Positions 10,721-19,850 are shown, counted from the whole stretch's first letter. The stretch is DNA of 63,253 nucleotides, filler included, from Bradymonadales bacterium (GCA_007693605.1; 7 parts of 7 records of this genome joined end to end with filler, not necessarily neighbours in it); one strand, 5' to 3'. The notes: generated by a model not told the origin, from the letters alone. Program-made: numbers and translations.

Positions 10721-12109
10721 ATGGAATTTCAATCGAAAGTGATCATTGAGCCTTTTCAAGTCAAGTCGGTGCAGTCTCTAGACTTTACAACCCGAGATGA
10801 AAGGTCAGCGGCTTTGAAAGAGGCCCGCTACAATCTCTTTCGCCTGCCAGCTCAAAAAGTTTTGATCGACTTGCTGACAGATTCTGGCACAAGCGCCATG
10901 AGTTCGGAGCAGTGGGCGGCCTTGCAACGGGGCGATGAGAGCTATGCTGGAGCAAAGAGCTTTCAAAAATTTCAATCTAAGGTTCAAGAACTCACGGGCT
11001 ATGAATATATCATTCCGACTCATCAAGGTCGCGCTGCCGAAAGACTTTTGTTTTCGGTTTTAAGCGAGAGAAGGGGGTCGACGGCTGAGCCTCAATGGGT
11101 GCCGAACAACAGTCATTTTGATACGACGCGAGCGAATATTGAGGCAGTCGGCTTTCGAGCCATCGACTTTGTCTCGCCAGCCGCTCAGAAAGTTCAAGAA
11201 GCCATTCCCTTTAAGGGCAATATGGATGTGGAGGCTCTGAAGAAATTTTTAGAGTCGACGCCTCGATCTCAAATTCCCGTGGGGATGCTGACTCTTACAA
11301 ACAATTCATGCGGTGGGCAGCCCGTGAGTCTCGAAAACATTCGAGAAGTCTCTAGGCTCTACCGCCACTATGGCATTCCCTTTATTTTGGATGCCTGTCG
11401 ATTTGCAGAAAATGTGGCCTTCATTTGTCGAGACGAAGAGAAGGGGAGAATGCCAGCAGAAGTGGCCCGAGAAATCTTTTCTCTCGCCGACGGCTGTAGC
11501 TTTTCTGCAAAGAAAGACGCCTTGGTAAATATCGGCGGATTTCTGGCCCTCAAGTCATCTGATTGGGTTGAAGACCTGCACTCGCAACTGATTCTAACCG
11601 AAGGCTTTCCAACTTACGGTGGACTTGCGGGACGAGATCTTGAGGCCATGACACAAGGTTTGGATGAGGTCTTGGAGCCTGCCTATTTGGAATATCGCTT
11701 GGCGTCTTTAGAATATCTAGGTAAGTTTTGTGAACAAAAGGGGATTCCCTATCTGAAGCCGGTGGGAGGGCATGCTTTATATCTAGATGCGGCGAGTTTT
11801 TATCCTCATTTGAAGTGGTCTGACTATCCCGGCCAATCTCTGGCCCTGTCCCTCTATCTCGAGGGGGGTCTGCGCTCTTGTGAAATCGGAAGCCTTATGT
11901 TTGGCCGCCAGTTTGACGGTACGGAGAAAGCCCACGGGGTTGAGCTGGTTCGACTCGCCATTCCACGAAGGGTCTATACCCAGAGTCATATGGACTACTG
12001 TTTAGAGCTGATTGAGTTTGTATTTCATCAACGAAAGGCGGCTAAAGCCGTTCGGATCTTGAAGGAACCAAAGCGACTTCGTCACTTTACTGCAGAATTT
12101 TCGTGGTGA
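10721..12109 (+). CDS. tnaA: Tryptophanase (PLP beta-eliminating lyase)
   Basis: IDLLTDSGT, THQGRAAE, HFDTTR, SAKKD (PLP lysine), YGGLAGRD, RLAIPRRVYTQSH, LRHFTA; SAKKD and EIGSLMFG fit TnaA better than tyrosine phenol-lyase. Confidence 0.85.
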   Translation: MEFQSKVIIEPFQVKSVQSLDFTTRDERSAALKEARYNLFRLPAQKVLIDLLTDSGTSAMSSEQWAALQRGDESYAGAKSFQKFQSKVQELTGYEYIIPTHQGRAAERLLFSVLSERRGSTAEPQWVPNNSHFDTTRANIEAVGFRAIDFVSPAAQKVQEAIPFKGNMDVEALKKFLESTPRSQIPVGMLTLTNNSCGGQPVSLENIREVSRLYRHYGIPFILDACRFAENVAFICRDEEKGRMPAEVAREIFSLADGCSFSAKKDALVNIGGFLALKSSDWVEDLHSQLILTEGFPTYGGLAGRDLEAMTQGLDEVLEPAYLEYRLASLEYLGKFCEQKGIPYLKPVGGHALYLDAASFYPHLKWSDYPGQSLALSLYLEGGLRSCEIGSLMFGRQFDGTEKAHGVELVRLAIPRRVYTQSHMDYCLELIEFVFHQRKAAKAVRILKEPKRLRHFTAEFSW

Positions 12110-12141
12110 TTTATGTCAGAAGTCAGTGATAAACTCAGAGC

Positions 12142-13014
12142 ATGTCGACCCTAGCTTTTGAGTCTTTAGTAAAGAAAGCGGAAGATCTCGAGATGCTTCC
12201 CCAAACGGCTCAAAAAGTGATCGAACTGGTGGGCCAAGAATCGACGAATGCAGAGGGCCTAGCTCAGGTCATCGAAAAAGACGCGAGTGTGACCACTCGC
12301 ATTCTGAAGATCGCTAACTCGGCCTTTTATGGACTTCGGCGAGAAGTGACAACCGTTCAACATGCTATCATGATTCTCGGCTATCGAAGTGTTCGATCTT
12401 TGGTTGTAGCCACTTCGAGTCGATCTCTTCACAAGAAGTTCGGAATCACCGAACAACTCTTGTGGGACCACAGTGTGGGAACGGCCATCATCAGTCGAAT
12501 TTTATCTGCGAATGCTTCTCCGGCTGTGGCTGACTTGGGTTTCGTTGGCGGCCTGCTTCACAATGTGGGGCGAGCGGTGATGAACAATGAGTGCCCCAAG
12601 GATTATGCCGAGGTGATGACCGGCGTCTACAATGAGGGTAAAGATTGTTTAGAGCTCGAAAGGCAGGTCTTTAGTTTCACCTATCCCGAGGTGGGCTGTC
12701 GGGTTATTGAGAAATGGGGATTGCCCGAGAATATTGTTCGGATGATTCGTTATCATCGCTTGTCGAGCCTTGAAGAGAAGGAACGAGAGTTTTTGAAATC
12801 CTCTGACGAGCTTCGACATGCGGTCGCTTCTGTGGAGTTGGCCTATGAGCTTTGTCGAAAAATCGGAATTGGCTTTCGGAGTCCACAAGAGGTGGATTTG
12901 GAATCGCTGGCCGCAGTTTCGTTTTTAAATCTTCAAGCAGATTCCTTGAAGAGTTTAGAAGTAGAGTGCCAGCAGGCCTACGAAGCCGAGCGAGAGATCT
13001 TTTCAGCGGCTTAA
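12142..13014 (+). CDS. HDOD-domain signalling protein
   Basis: ILKIANSAFYG, AIMILG, LWDHS, GLLHNVG, KWGLP, IRYH. Confidence 0.92.
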   Translation: MSTLAFESLVKKAEDLEMLPQTAQKVIELVGQESTNAEGLAQVIEKDASVTTRILKIANSAFYGLRREVTTVQHAIMILGYRSVRSLVVATSSRSLHKKFGITEQLLWDHSVGTAIISRILSANASPAVADLGFVGGLLHNVGRAVMNNECPKDYAEVMTGVYNEGKDCLELERQVFSFTYPEVGCRVIEKWGLPENIVRMIRYHRLSSLEEKEREFLKSSDELRHAVASVELAYELCRKIGIGFRSPQEVDLESLAAVSFLNLQADSLKSLEVECQQAYEAEREIFSAA

Positions 13015-13022
13015 TTAGGATC

Positions 13023-13299
13023 ACTTCCGCAGCGGAAGTAGACATAATCCGTTCGACAAAAAATCGATAAAAAATCGATGTGTCGACAAAAGCTTGTTCC
13101 CCAAAAAAGATAGAAATAAGTTCTTAAGGGACTTATTTTTATTTTTTTTGGGAGACAGGGCTCACCTATCGCATTGAGATCTGACACTGATTACCGCAGC
13201 GGAAGTGATTTTTCTGACAAATGAGATGTCGGTGCAGCTGTGTTTCCTGAAAAACAAAATAAGTTCTTAAGGGACTCATTTTGTTTTTTAGGCGGAAGT
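13023..13299. repeat. Two tandem structured units (17-bp palindrome + small hairpin + long AT-rich hairpin) upstream of HNH gene
   Basis: ACTTCCGCAGCGGAAGT 13023-13039, ATTACCGCAGCGGAAGT 13190-13206, half site 13292-13299; AAATAAGTTCTTAAGGGACT(T/C)ATTT at 13114-13138 and 13257-13281. Confidence 0.85.
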
Positions 13300-13530
13300 G
13301 AAACTGTTTGAACTGTAGAAAAATATCTGTGCAACCGCCATCTTGGGCAACATTTTTGTTGACAGCATTTTCTAGGCATTATTTTCAATCTCACAAATCA
13401 AATCAGAGAATGGGTTTTAATCGCGCTAGCTTTCGCTCTAAGTGCTCAGTCTTAGTCCGGAAGAAATAAATTAAATGAGTTGCAATTCGGCTCTTAGAGC
13501 AAACATACGGCAGCCAAAAAAGTTCATGTT

Positions 13531-14547
13531 ATGCTCAAGCCTATGAAAGATATGAACTTTGAAGAAAATCTTGTTGAAGATCGAAGGCTGCCCTTGAATG
13601 TACAAAAGCTGGCGTCAAAAGACCTGCTTCTTTATACGCAAAAACTCGCGGCTTCAGAGAGAAAAATCTATGCCGCCGTGATTGAGGCTCTCGAGGAAAT
13701 CGAAAGGCGAAAGCTCTATCTCGCCAAAGGCTACTCTTCCCTTTTTATTTTTTGCACCGAAGTCTTGAAGTATTCTGCCGGAGCGGCTCAAAGAAGAATC
13801 GAGAGTATGCGGCTGATTAAGAATTTCCCTAGGGCTCAGAAAACTGAAGTTAAAACCAAGCTCCAAAGAGGAAGTCTTTCTCTTTCTCATCTCAGCCAAG
13901 TCTCTAAGGCTCTTCGTTCCCTTCCGCCCCAGAGCTGTCATGAAAAAATGAAACTTTTGAGTCGGGTAGAAAACACGACTCAAAGGGAGTGTGAGAGAAA
14001 ATTGATGGAGGCCGGGGTGCCTGAGATCAAAAAGCGAGAGGATTTTCGGGTGGTTTCAGAGTCCAGCTATCGATTGTCGGTCACGGTGGATGAAGAGACT
14101 AAGGAGCTTCTAGAGAAGTTCATGGGCTTGACGGCCCATCAGAACCCTTGGGCGAGTCGAGAGAAGGCCTTGAAGATTGCCCTCAAGTTGGCGCTTCGAG
14201 AAGTGGAAAGGAGAAAGTTCGGAGTGAGTGGGAAGAAGAAAACCCCTGAAGTTACTACCGCTACGGAAGCTGTTTCTCCCGAGGAAAGGAAAGAAGTCAG
14301 GATTCAGCCCAAAGGCAAGCGAAGTCGGCATATTCCAAAATCTGTTCGTGCAGTGGTTTGGGAGAGAGATGGCGGGGCTTGTGTTTTTGTGGAGCCAAGG
14401 ACGGGAAGGCAATGTGGATCTGGTTTTGGCTTGGAGTGGGATCATGTGCAGGAGTTTTCCAGAGGGGGAGAGTCGAGTGCGACCAATCTTCGGCTTCTTT
14501 GTCGGCAGCACAATAATGGGCGACAACGATGGGAGAGCTTAGTCTGA
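13531..14547 (+). CDS. HNH endonuclease with long helical (DUF222-like) N-terminal domain
   Basis: N-terminal RKLYLAKGYSSLFIFC...YSAGAAQRRI; C-terminal RHIPKSVRAVVWERDGGAC...C...EWDH...GG...NLRLLCRQHN. Exact start uncertain. Confidence 0.88.
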   Translation: MLKPMKDMNFEENLVEDRRLPLNVQKLASKDLLLYTQKLAASERKIYAAVIEALEEIERRKLYLAKGYSSLFIFCTEVLKYSAGAAQRRIESMRLIKNFPRAQKTEVKTKLQRGSLSLSHLSQVSKALRSLPPQSCHEKMKLLSRVENTTQRECERKLMEAGVPEIKKREDFRVVSESSYRLSVTVDEETKELLEKFMGLTAHQNPWASREKALKIALKLALREVERRKFGVSGKKKTPEVTTATEAVSPEERKEVRIQPKGKRSRHIPKSVRAVVWERDGGACVFVEPRTGRQCGSGFGLEWDHVQEFSRGGESSATNLRLLCRQHNNGRQRWESLV

Positions 14548-14649
14548 AGGCACTGATTGAGTCTCTTGTCTGTTCGGAGCAAAGATACTCTCAGAGCGGA
14601 GTCGTCGAAGCAGACAACATTCGCGACTGACTCAATATGTGGAATCGTT

Positions 14650-14832
14650 TCAGCCCGTCATTTCTTCTTCGTTGCTACCCAGGTAGCAACACTCAATGGC
14701 GACTTCTTTACTGTTGCAGTCGCAGGGAAAGTAAGCCCCACAACAGGCGCCGAAAGCTTTGTCACTGCTGCAGGGGCAGTCTTCAGAAAGCTCGGCTTGA
14801 TCGATCCATTCTTCGAGATCCTCTGAGATCAT
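14650..14832 (-). CDS. Small acidic protein with two SEC-C-like Cys motifs (60 aa)
   Basis: CPCSSDKAFGACC and CDCNSKEVAIECC; SD AAGGAG 8 nt before ATG; TAGAAT further upstream. Confidence 0.75.
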   Translation of the reverse strand: MISEDLEEWIDQAELSEDCPCSSDKAFGACCGAYFPCDCNSKEVAIECCYLGSNEEEMTG

Positions 14833-14975
14833 GTCTTCGTCTCCTTACAATCTCCATTCTATGAACTGGAATGGATTTTGAGGAGATCGCAAAAATTACG
14901 GAGATGCAAAAAGGGCTCTTGCCGATCGGCAAGGGGGTCGTGTCCCCTTGGATTTCTCAAGGTCGTCCTAAGTTC

Positions 14976-14992
14976 TTGTCAGTGCATGACAA
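14976..14992. promoter_or_regulatory. Inverted repeat, candidate enhancer (bEBP) site
   Basis: TTGTCA-N5-TGACAA about 125 bp upstream of a sigma-54 motif. Confidence 0.45.
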
Positions 14993-15116
14993 ATTAATGG
15001 CAGGCGACCAAGAGTTTTGACGCTTTGTGAGGACTGTCCAAAGGTCGGTGCTGAGAGTCAATTTTGAAGGCCTTGATTTTATTGGCATTGTTTCTTTCGA
15101 TTTTGACGCAGATTGA

Positions 15117-15132
15117 TGGCAAGACTTTTGCA
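15117..15132 (+). promoter_or_regulatory. Sigma-54 (-24/-12) promoter
   Basis: TGGCAAGACTTTTGCA = GG-N10-GC, 29 nt before ATG 15162 with SD GAGGAG. Confidence 0.75.
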
Positions 15133-15161
15133 GTCCATTAGGGTCTAGAGGAGACTTGCGA

Positions 15162-15569
15162 ATGAAGATTGTAGGAAAAGGACCACAGCCAGGTTTAGAT
15201 TCGGCAGCGACAAAATCGGGGCAGTCCGCTCGAACAACCGAAACGGCTTCGAACGAGAAGAAAGCCGCTTCAAAGGATCTTGTTCGCTTGAGCTTGAGCG
15301 GATCTCTGAAGGCGATTGAGAGCGCGGCCAGTCGTAATCCGGAACTTCTAAGGCAGGCCCAAGAAGCTCCCAGCTCAGAGCGAGTCGATCAACTTCTTCT
15401 TCAGTTCGATTCTCGTGGAACTTCAAAGCTGCCCGCAGCGGGAGAGGCAGAAATTCAATTGCGCTTGAAAGCCGTGATGGAGGGCATGAATGCGCAGCCC
15501 AGTCTGGCCACGCAGGCCTTTCGAGATTTAGATCCGATTCGGGTAGGGAGCTTGCTACAAGAAGATTAA
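15162..15569 (+). CDS. Hypothetical protein, FlgM-like N-half and flagellin-tail-like C-terminus
   Basis: SD GAGGAG; low-complexity N-terminus, DLVRLSLS, ERVDQL, C-terminal AQPSLATQAFRDLDPIRVGSLL. Confidence 0.6.
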   Translation: MKIVGKGPQPGLDSAATKSGQSARTTETASNEKKAASKDLVRLSLSGSLKAIESAASRNPELLRQAQEAPSSERVDQLLLQFDSRGTSKLPAAGEAEIQLRLKAVMEGMNAQPSLATQAFRDLDPIRVGSLLQED

Positions 15570-15656
15570 GGCGGCCACTCGAAGCGCTAGTGGCCTGAAA
15601 TTCGCCACGCTTTTGACTCGACTTCAGTGGGTTCATTCGGGCTAGAGTAAGCCTCT

Positions 15657-16607
15657 ATGGCGACTCCTATCCGTATTCATTCCTATGACCATGTAAAAGC
15701 CGCGGTGAAAGATCTTCCCGCCTTCGAAAGAGTCTTGTCGGCCTTGGGCTTTTCATCCATTGACCCGAAAGAGGCTCCCAGCTTTCTTGAAAAGCCCGCG
15801 GCCGTCTGGGGCTCGGGCGAAGCGGTTTTTTGTTTGTACCCAAGCGATCATCCTTTGGCCAAAGCCCATTTTGATGAGCATCAAGACACCATCTTTGATC
15901 TGAGCTTTCTTTTGGAAGAGGGGGGAAAAGATTTGGGAGTGATTCCAGGGGTGGGAGGAATGAAGCATACGGTGGTTTCGAAACGAAGCTTCCCAGCTTT
16001 TCCGGTCAAGAAGGGGATTCTAAGGTTTGATCACAACACAATTAATCTGGAGATGGGAAAACTCAATCAGACGGTCTGTGACTACCTGATGACCTTTCAT
16101 CTGGAGAAGGGGCAGTTCTTCGATATCAAAACCGATCTGACGGGCTTAAAGTCTTGGGTCACTCGCTCACCGAGCGGAGGGGTGCAAATTCCCTTCAATG
16201 AAGCCTCTGACCCTAAGTCTCAGATTCAAGAGTATATCGAAGTGCATCGAGGTCCTGGAGTGCAGCATATTGCTCTCTTGACGGAGGACATTATCAGCAG
16301 CATGACAAAAATTGTTGAGGAAAAAGGGAATCCCATTCGTTTTTTAGATATTCCTGATACCTACTACGAGCTCGCCAGGGGCCGCGTTAAGATTCGAGAA
16401 GATTTCGCCGACTTAGAGAGCCTTAGAATTCTTGTGGATCAAGATGAGAAGGGCGGCTACCTCCTTCAGATCTTCACTCAGAATATTTTCGGAGGCTTTT
16501 TCTTTGAGTTGATTCAAAGGGAGGGAAACACAGGCTTTGGAGAGGGAAACTTTCAGGCCTTGTTTGAGTCGATCGAGTTGGATCAGAAGCGCCGAGGAGT
16601 CTTATGA
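15657..16607 (+). CDS. hppD: 4-hydroxyphenylpyruvate dioxygenase
   Basis: RFDH, IPFNE, SQIQEY, GPGVQHIAL, LLQIFT, FFELIQR, GFGEGNFQALFESIE. Confidence 0.95.
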   Translation: MATPIRIHSYDHVKAAVKDLPAFERVLSALGFSSIDPKEAPSFLEKPAAVWGSGEAVFCLYPSDHPLAKAHFDEHQDTIFDLSFLLEEGGKDLGVIPGVGGMKHTVVSKRSFPAFPVKKGILRFDHNTINLEMGKLNQTVCDYLMTFHLEKGQFFDIKTDLTGLKSWVTRSPSGGVQIPFNEASDPKSQIQEYIEVHRGPGVQHIALLTEDIISSMTKIVEEKGNPIRFLDIPDTYYELARGRVKIREDFADLESLRILVDQDEKGGYLLQIFTQNIFGGFFFELIQREGNTGFGEGNFQALFESIELDQKRRGVL

Positions 16608-17548
16608 AGCTTGGGATGGCCGAGCGGGAAGGCCGATTGAGCCTTCTCATCTCAGCAGGGCTCTCAGATTCTTTTGTCTCTTGGAAAAAAATACAAGACT
16701 GGGCAGCGAGAGAGAAGCTTCTACAAGAAGTCCATACACTCTCAGATTTTATCCAGAAGTCGGAGGGCCTTCTACCTTGGCTTCTGAAGAAAGAGGCCGA
16801 GTGGAAGGAACTCGAAACGCTCCCATCAGAGAGTATACATTGGGCACTACCCTTTCGACCTTATTCGTTTCGAGATTTCTATTGTTTTGAAGAGCATGTG
16901 AAGAAAGGTCGAGAGGGGCGAGGCTTACCGATGCTCGACCAGTGGTACGAAAAGCCTGTCTTTTACTATTCAAATCCCTTGAGTTTTGTGGGGCCAGGCC
17001 TTGTGCCATACCCTCGGGCCTCTGAAGCTATGGATTTTGAACTAGAAATTGCCTGCGTTCTTGGTCGGCCACTCTTCAACGCTAGCTTGGAGGAAGCTCA
17101 CGAAGCGATTCTGGGCTACAGTTTATTGAACGATTGGACGGCGCGTGATTTTCAGGGCTGGGAAATGAAGTTGAATTTGGGCCCGACCAAGGGGAAAGAT
17201 TTTTGTTCGAGCCTTGGCTCCTTTCTGGTCACCAAGGAGTCTTTAGAGAAGTTTCGTTCGGGAAAGGGCTATGATCTTGAGTTTTGTCTTCGATTGAACT
17301 CAAAAGAGTTCTGTCGGGCGAACTGGAAGGCAATCCAGTTTTCATTTGAAGAGATGCTGGTGAGGGCCTCTCAGAACTGTCGACTTTACCCAGGAGAACT
17401 CTTGGGTAGTGGAACCATGGGTGGAGGCTGCTTGATGGAGAGGAATCTTTCTCAAGAATCGCCGAGCTGGCTGAAGCCAGGAGACGAAGTGGAGCTGAGC
17501 TGCGAGACTCTCGGGCTGAAGCTGCTAAATCGAGTTGTGGAATCATAA
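16604..17548 (+). CDS. Fumarylacetoacetate hydrolase family protein
   Basis: RDFYCFEEH, DFELE, NDWTARDFQ, GPTKGKDF, GSGT; ATGA overlap with hppD. Confidence 0.92.
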   Translation: MKLGMAEREGRLSLLISAGLSDSFVSWKKIQDWAAREKLLQEVHTLSDFIQKSEGLLPWLLKKEAEWKELETLPSESIHWALPFRPYSFRDFYCFEEHVKKGREGRGLPMLDQWYEKPVFYYSNPLSFVGPGLVPYPRASEAMDFELEIACVLGRPLFNASLEEAHEAILGYSLLNDWTARDFQGWEMKLNLGPTKGKDFCSSLGSFLVTKESLEKFRSGKGYDLEFCLRLNSKEFCRANWKAIQFSFEEMLVRASQNCRLYPGELLGSGTMGGGCLMERNLSQESPSWLKPGDEVELSCETLGLKLLNRVVES

Positions 17549-17560
17549 GGAGTATTGAAG

Positions 17561-18694
17561 ATGTTCTTTCAAAGACAGGGGGAAGTGGCCGATCGACCCC
17601 ATTTGAATCTACCCTCCGGAACTTACGAAGAGGAGCATGGGCTTGAGGGTTTCTACGGCGCCGTTTCTCATTTGTATCACGAGAAACCACCCACTTCTTG
17701 GACTGATTTAAGACGCTCTCCCTTTCAGTGGGCCCCCATCGAAGAGCAAAGGGCGGACTTTTTAAAGCCCCAGTGTTTTCAGCCCCCGTCAGATGGCTCT
17801 CAAAAGGATTTCTTTCAGGGCGGAGAGTGTTGGTTTTTCAACGATGAGATTCGATTGTGGTGGCATCGCTTCTCAGTTGCCAGCTCCGTCTTTTTTAGGA
17901 ATGCAGATGCTTCGGAGTTGTATTTTTGTCATGACGGAAAGGCTCGCTTAGAGTCCGTTTATGGAGAGATTGCCCTCGAGAAAGGCGACTATGTGCTTAT
18001 TCCGAAAGGGGTCACCTATCGTTGGGCTCTCGACGATCAGGCCATGGCTCTTTTAAGAATCGAGAATTTAAAGTCTCATTTTCAACGACCGGATACCGCG
18101 CTGATGGGCCAGCACGCCTTGTACTCAGAACACGAGATTGAAGGCCCTTTGCTCAAGAAGGGCGGCGAGAGTGGCTCAACCGTTCGAGTGCAGTCTGAGT
18201 TTGAGATTTCAGAAATTGAATACGCCCATGATGTTCGAGACCTCAAGGGTTGGGTTGGCAATCTCTATCCCTACAAACTCAATATCTCAAAAATTTCTCC
18301 AGCCTTGAGTTCTAAGGCGCATTTGCCGCCCAGTGTGAACTCCACATTTGTTGCTCAAGATTTTGTGGTTTGTAGTTTTTTGCCAAGACCCTTGGAAGAG
18401 CCAGAGGGGGCCCTAAAAGTTCCTTTTTTCCATTCGAATATCGATTATGACGAAGTGATTCTCTATCACGAAGGGGATTTCTTTAGTCGGGATCATATGG
18501 AAGCGGGTTGCATTAGCTTTCACCCTCGTGGGGTGCATCACGGACCCCACCCAAAGGCTCTGAAAAATCAGTCTGCCAAAACCCGAACCGACGAAGTCGC
18601 TGTGATGATTGATACGCGAAATCCTTTGAGGGCGACTGCCTATGCGAGAAAACGAGAGATTCGAGAGTATTGGAAGTCGTGGAGGCCTTCATGA
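17561..18694 (+). CDS. hmgA: Homogentisate 1,2-dioxygenase
   Basis: GLEGFYG, FFRNAD, HLPPSV, VPFFHSNIDYDEV, HHGPHP, EVAVMIDT; SD AAGGAG 8 nt before ATG 17561. Confidence 0.93.
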   Translation: MFFQRQGEVADRPHLNLPSGTYEEEHGLEGFYGAVSHLYHEKPPTSWTDLRRSPFQWAPIEEQRADFLKPQCFQPPSDGSQKDFFQGGECWFFNDEIRLWWHRFSVASSVFFRNADASELYFCHDGKARLESVYGEIALEKGDYVLIPKGVTYRWALDDQAMALLRIENLKSHFQRPDTALMGQHALYSEHEIEGPLLKKGGESGSTVRVQSEFEISEIEYAHDVRDLKGWVGNLYPYKLNISKISPALSSKAHLPPSVNSTFVAQDFVVCSFLPRPLEEPEGALKVPFFHSNIDYDEVILYHEGDFFSRDHMEAGCISFHPRGVHHGPHPKALKNQSAKTRTDEVAVMIDTRNPLRATAYARKREIREYWKSWRPS

Positions 18695-19311
18695 GTGAAA
18701 GCTTTGTCTGCGCGGAGCGAGATCCCAGAGAGGCTTATCGTCTGCTCATCGGTCTGATCGGGCCTCGGCCCATCGGCTGGATATCAACGATCTCGAAAGC
18801 TGGAGTTTCAAATTTGGCGCCTTATTCTTTCTTTAATATGTTCAGCATGAACCCACCCATTCTTGGATTTTCAGCGGCTCTCAATCGAGAGGCCTCGGGT
18901 AAAGATAGTTTTCGAAATGTGCAAGAGACGGCCTGTTTTGTTCACCATGTGGTGACAGAAGATGTGATCGAAGTCATGAACCAAAGCTCTGCCGAATACC
19001 CACCGGATGTCAGTGAGATTGAAGCCTTGGGTTTAACGGCGGTCGCCTCTGATCTCGTTGAAGCGCCTCGGATTCAGGAGGCCGCCGTCGCCATCGAATG
19101 TCGTTTGTTTAAAACAGTCTCTTTGGGGAATCAGCCCGGAAACGGACAACTCGTCTTAGGAGAGGTTCTCAAGATTCACTTTCAGCGAAAAGAGATTCTA
19201 GGCGAAGACGGTCTTGTTCGAGAAGATCAACTTCGGCTTCTCTCCCGCCTCGGAAAGACAAACTATATGAGGTTTGGGGAGGTGTTTGCTGTGCCTCGAC
19301 CGACTGTTTGA
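18691..19311 (+). CDS. Flavin reductase family protein
   Basis: PRPIGWIST, NLAPYSFFN, KDSFRN, APRIQE, RLG..Y; ATGA overlap with hmgA. Confidence 0.9.
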   Translation: MSESFVCAERDPREAYRLLIGLIGPRPIGWISTISKAGVSNLAPYSFFNMFSMNPPILGFSAALNREASGKDSFRNVQETACFVHHVVTEDVIEVMNQSSAEYPPDVSEIEALGLTAVASDLVEAPRIQEAAVAIECRLFKTVSLGNQPGNGQLVLGEVLKIHFQRKEILGEDGLVREDQLRLLSRLGKTNYMRFGEVFAVPRPTV

Positions 19312-19314
19312 GCG

Positions 19315-19514
19315 GGAGAGTGCCGCTAAAGGCTCACCTGCTTTGTCGCCTTCGTCGCTGCGCTTCTCGAGTGGCATTGAACCACACTGCGATGCTCGCT
19401 CCTTGCCTTCGCGCATATGAACCTTTATCGGCACTCTCCATAAACCGCTAAAGGCTCATCTGCTTTGTCGCCTTCGTCGCTGCGCTTCTCGAGTGGCATT
19501 GAACCACACTGCGA
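19315..19514 (+). repeat. Family A repeat: full copy 19315-19439 plus tandem copy cut by contig end
   Basis: Arms GGAGAGTGCCGCTAAAGGCTCACCTGC / GCATATGAACCTTTATCGGCACTCTCC; same core. Confidence 0.95.
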
Positions 19515-19614
19515 NNNNNNNNNNNNNNNNNNNNNNNNNNNNNNNNNNNNNNNNNNNNTTAATTAATTAANNNNNNNNNNNNNNNNNNNNNNNNNNNNNN
19601 NNNNNNNNNNNNNN
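19515..19614. other. Artificial contig linker
   Basis: N44-TTAATTAATTAA-N44. Confidence 0.99.
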
Positions 19615-19806
19615 CCATGACATCCACCAACTCCAAAAAATAGCGTTTGAAACTACTATCCGTCCATCTCAAGTGTCAGGTATCTCTTCAACCTGAAGAG
19701 ATAAGTGGAGCTTTCGACTGCGACACAAAGGTCCAGCCGCAGGGGAGAAGAGTCGACCAGGGCCCCCTGAAAAGGCCTTTCTGGGCTGTTCTGGGGGGAT
19801 TGGGCT

Positions 19807-19822
19807 TGGCATTGAACTTGCT
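19807..19822 (+). promoter_or_regulatory. Sigma-54 (-24/-12) promoter
   Basis: TGGCATTGAACTTGCT = GG-N10-GC, upstream of SD GGAGGG and ATG 19851. Confidence 0.75.
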
Positions 19823-19850
19823 ACTTCTTGAGGCTGGAGGGATAAGACTT

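Noticed and set aside
10721..12109. Tyrosine phenol-lyase assignment
   Set aside because: SAKKD and EIGSLMFG match tryptophanase better than Tpl SGKKD and RGIISAG; not fully excluded.
14557..14864. Plus-strand 89-aa and 75-aa ORFs
   Set aside because: Antisense to the SEC-C-like ORF, which has the SD and a recognisable motif.
19647..19850. Long N-terminal extensions in the ORF track (also 38385, 48845, 51490, 51521, 53577, 34278)
   Set aside because: Better-supported internal starts exist, based on SD, promoter position or ATGA overlap.
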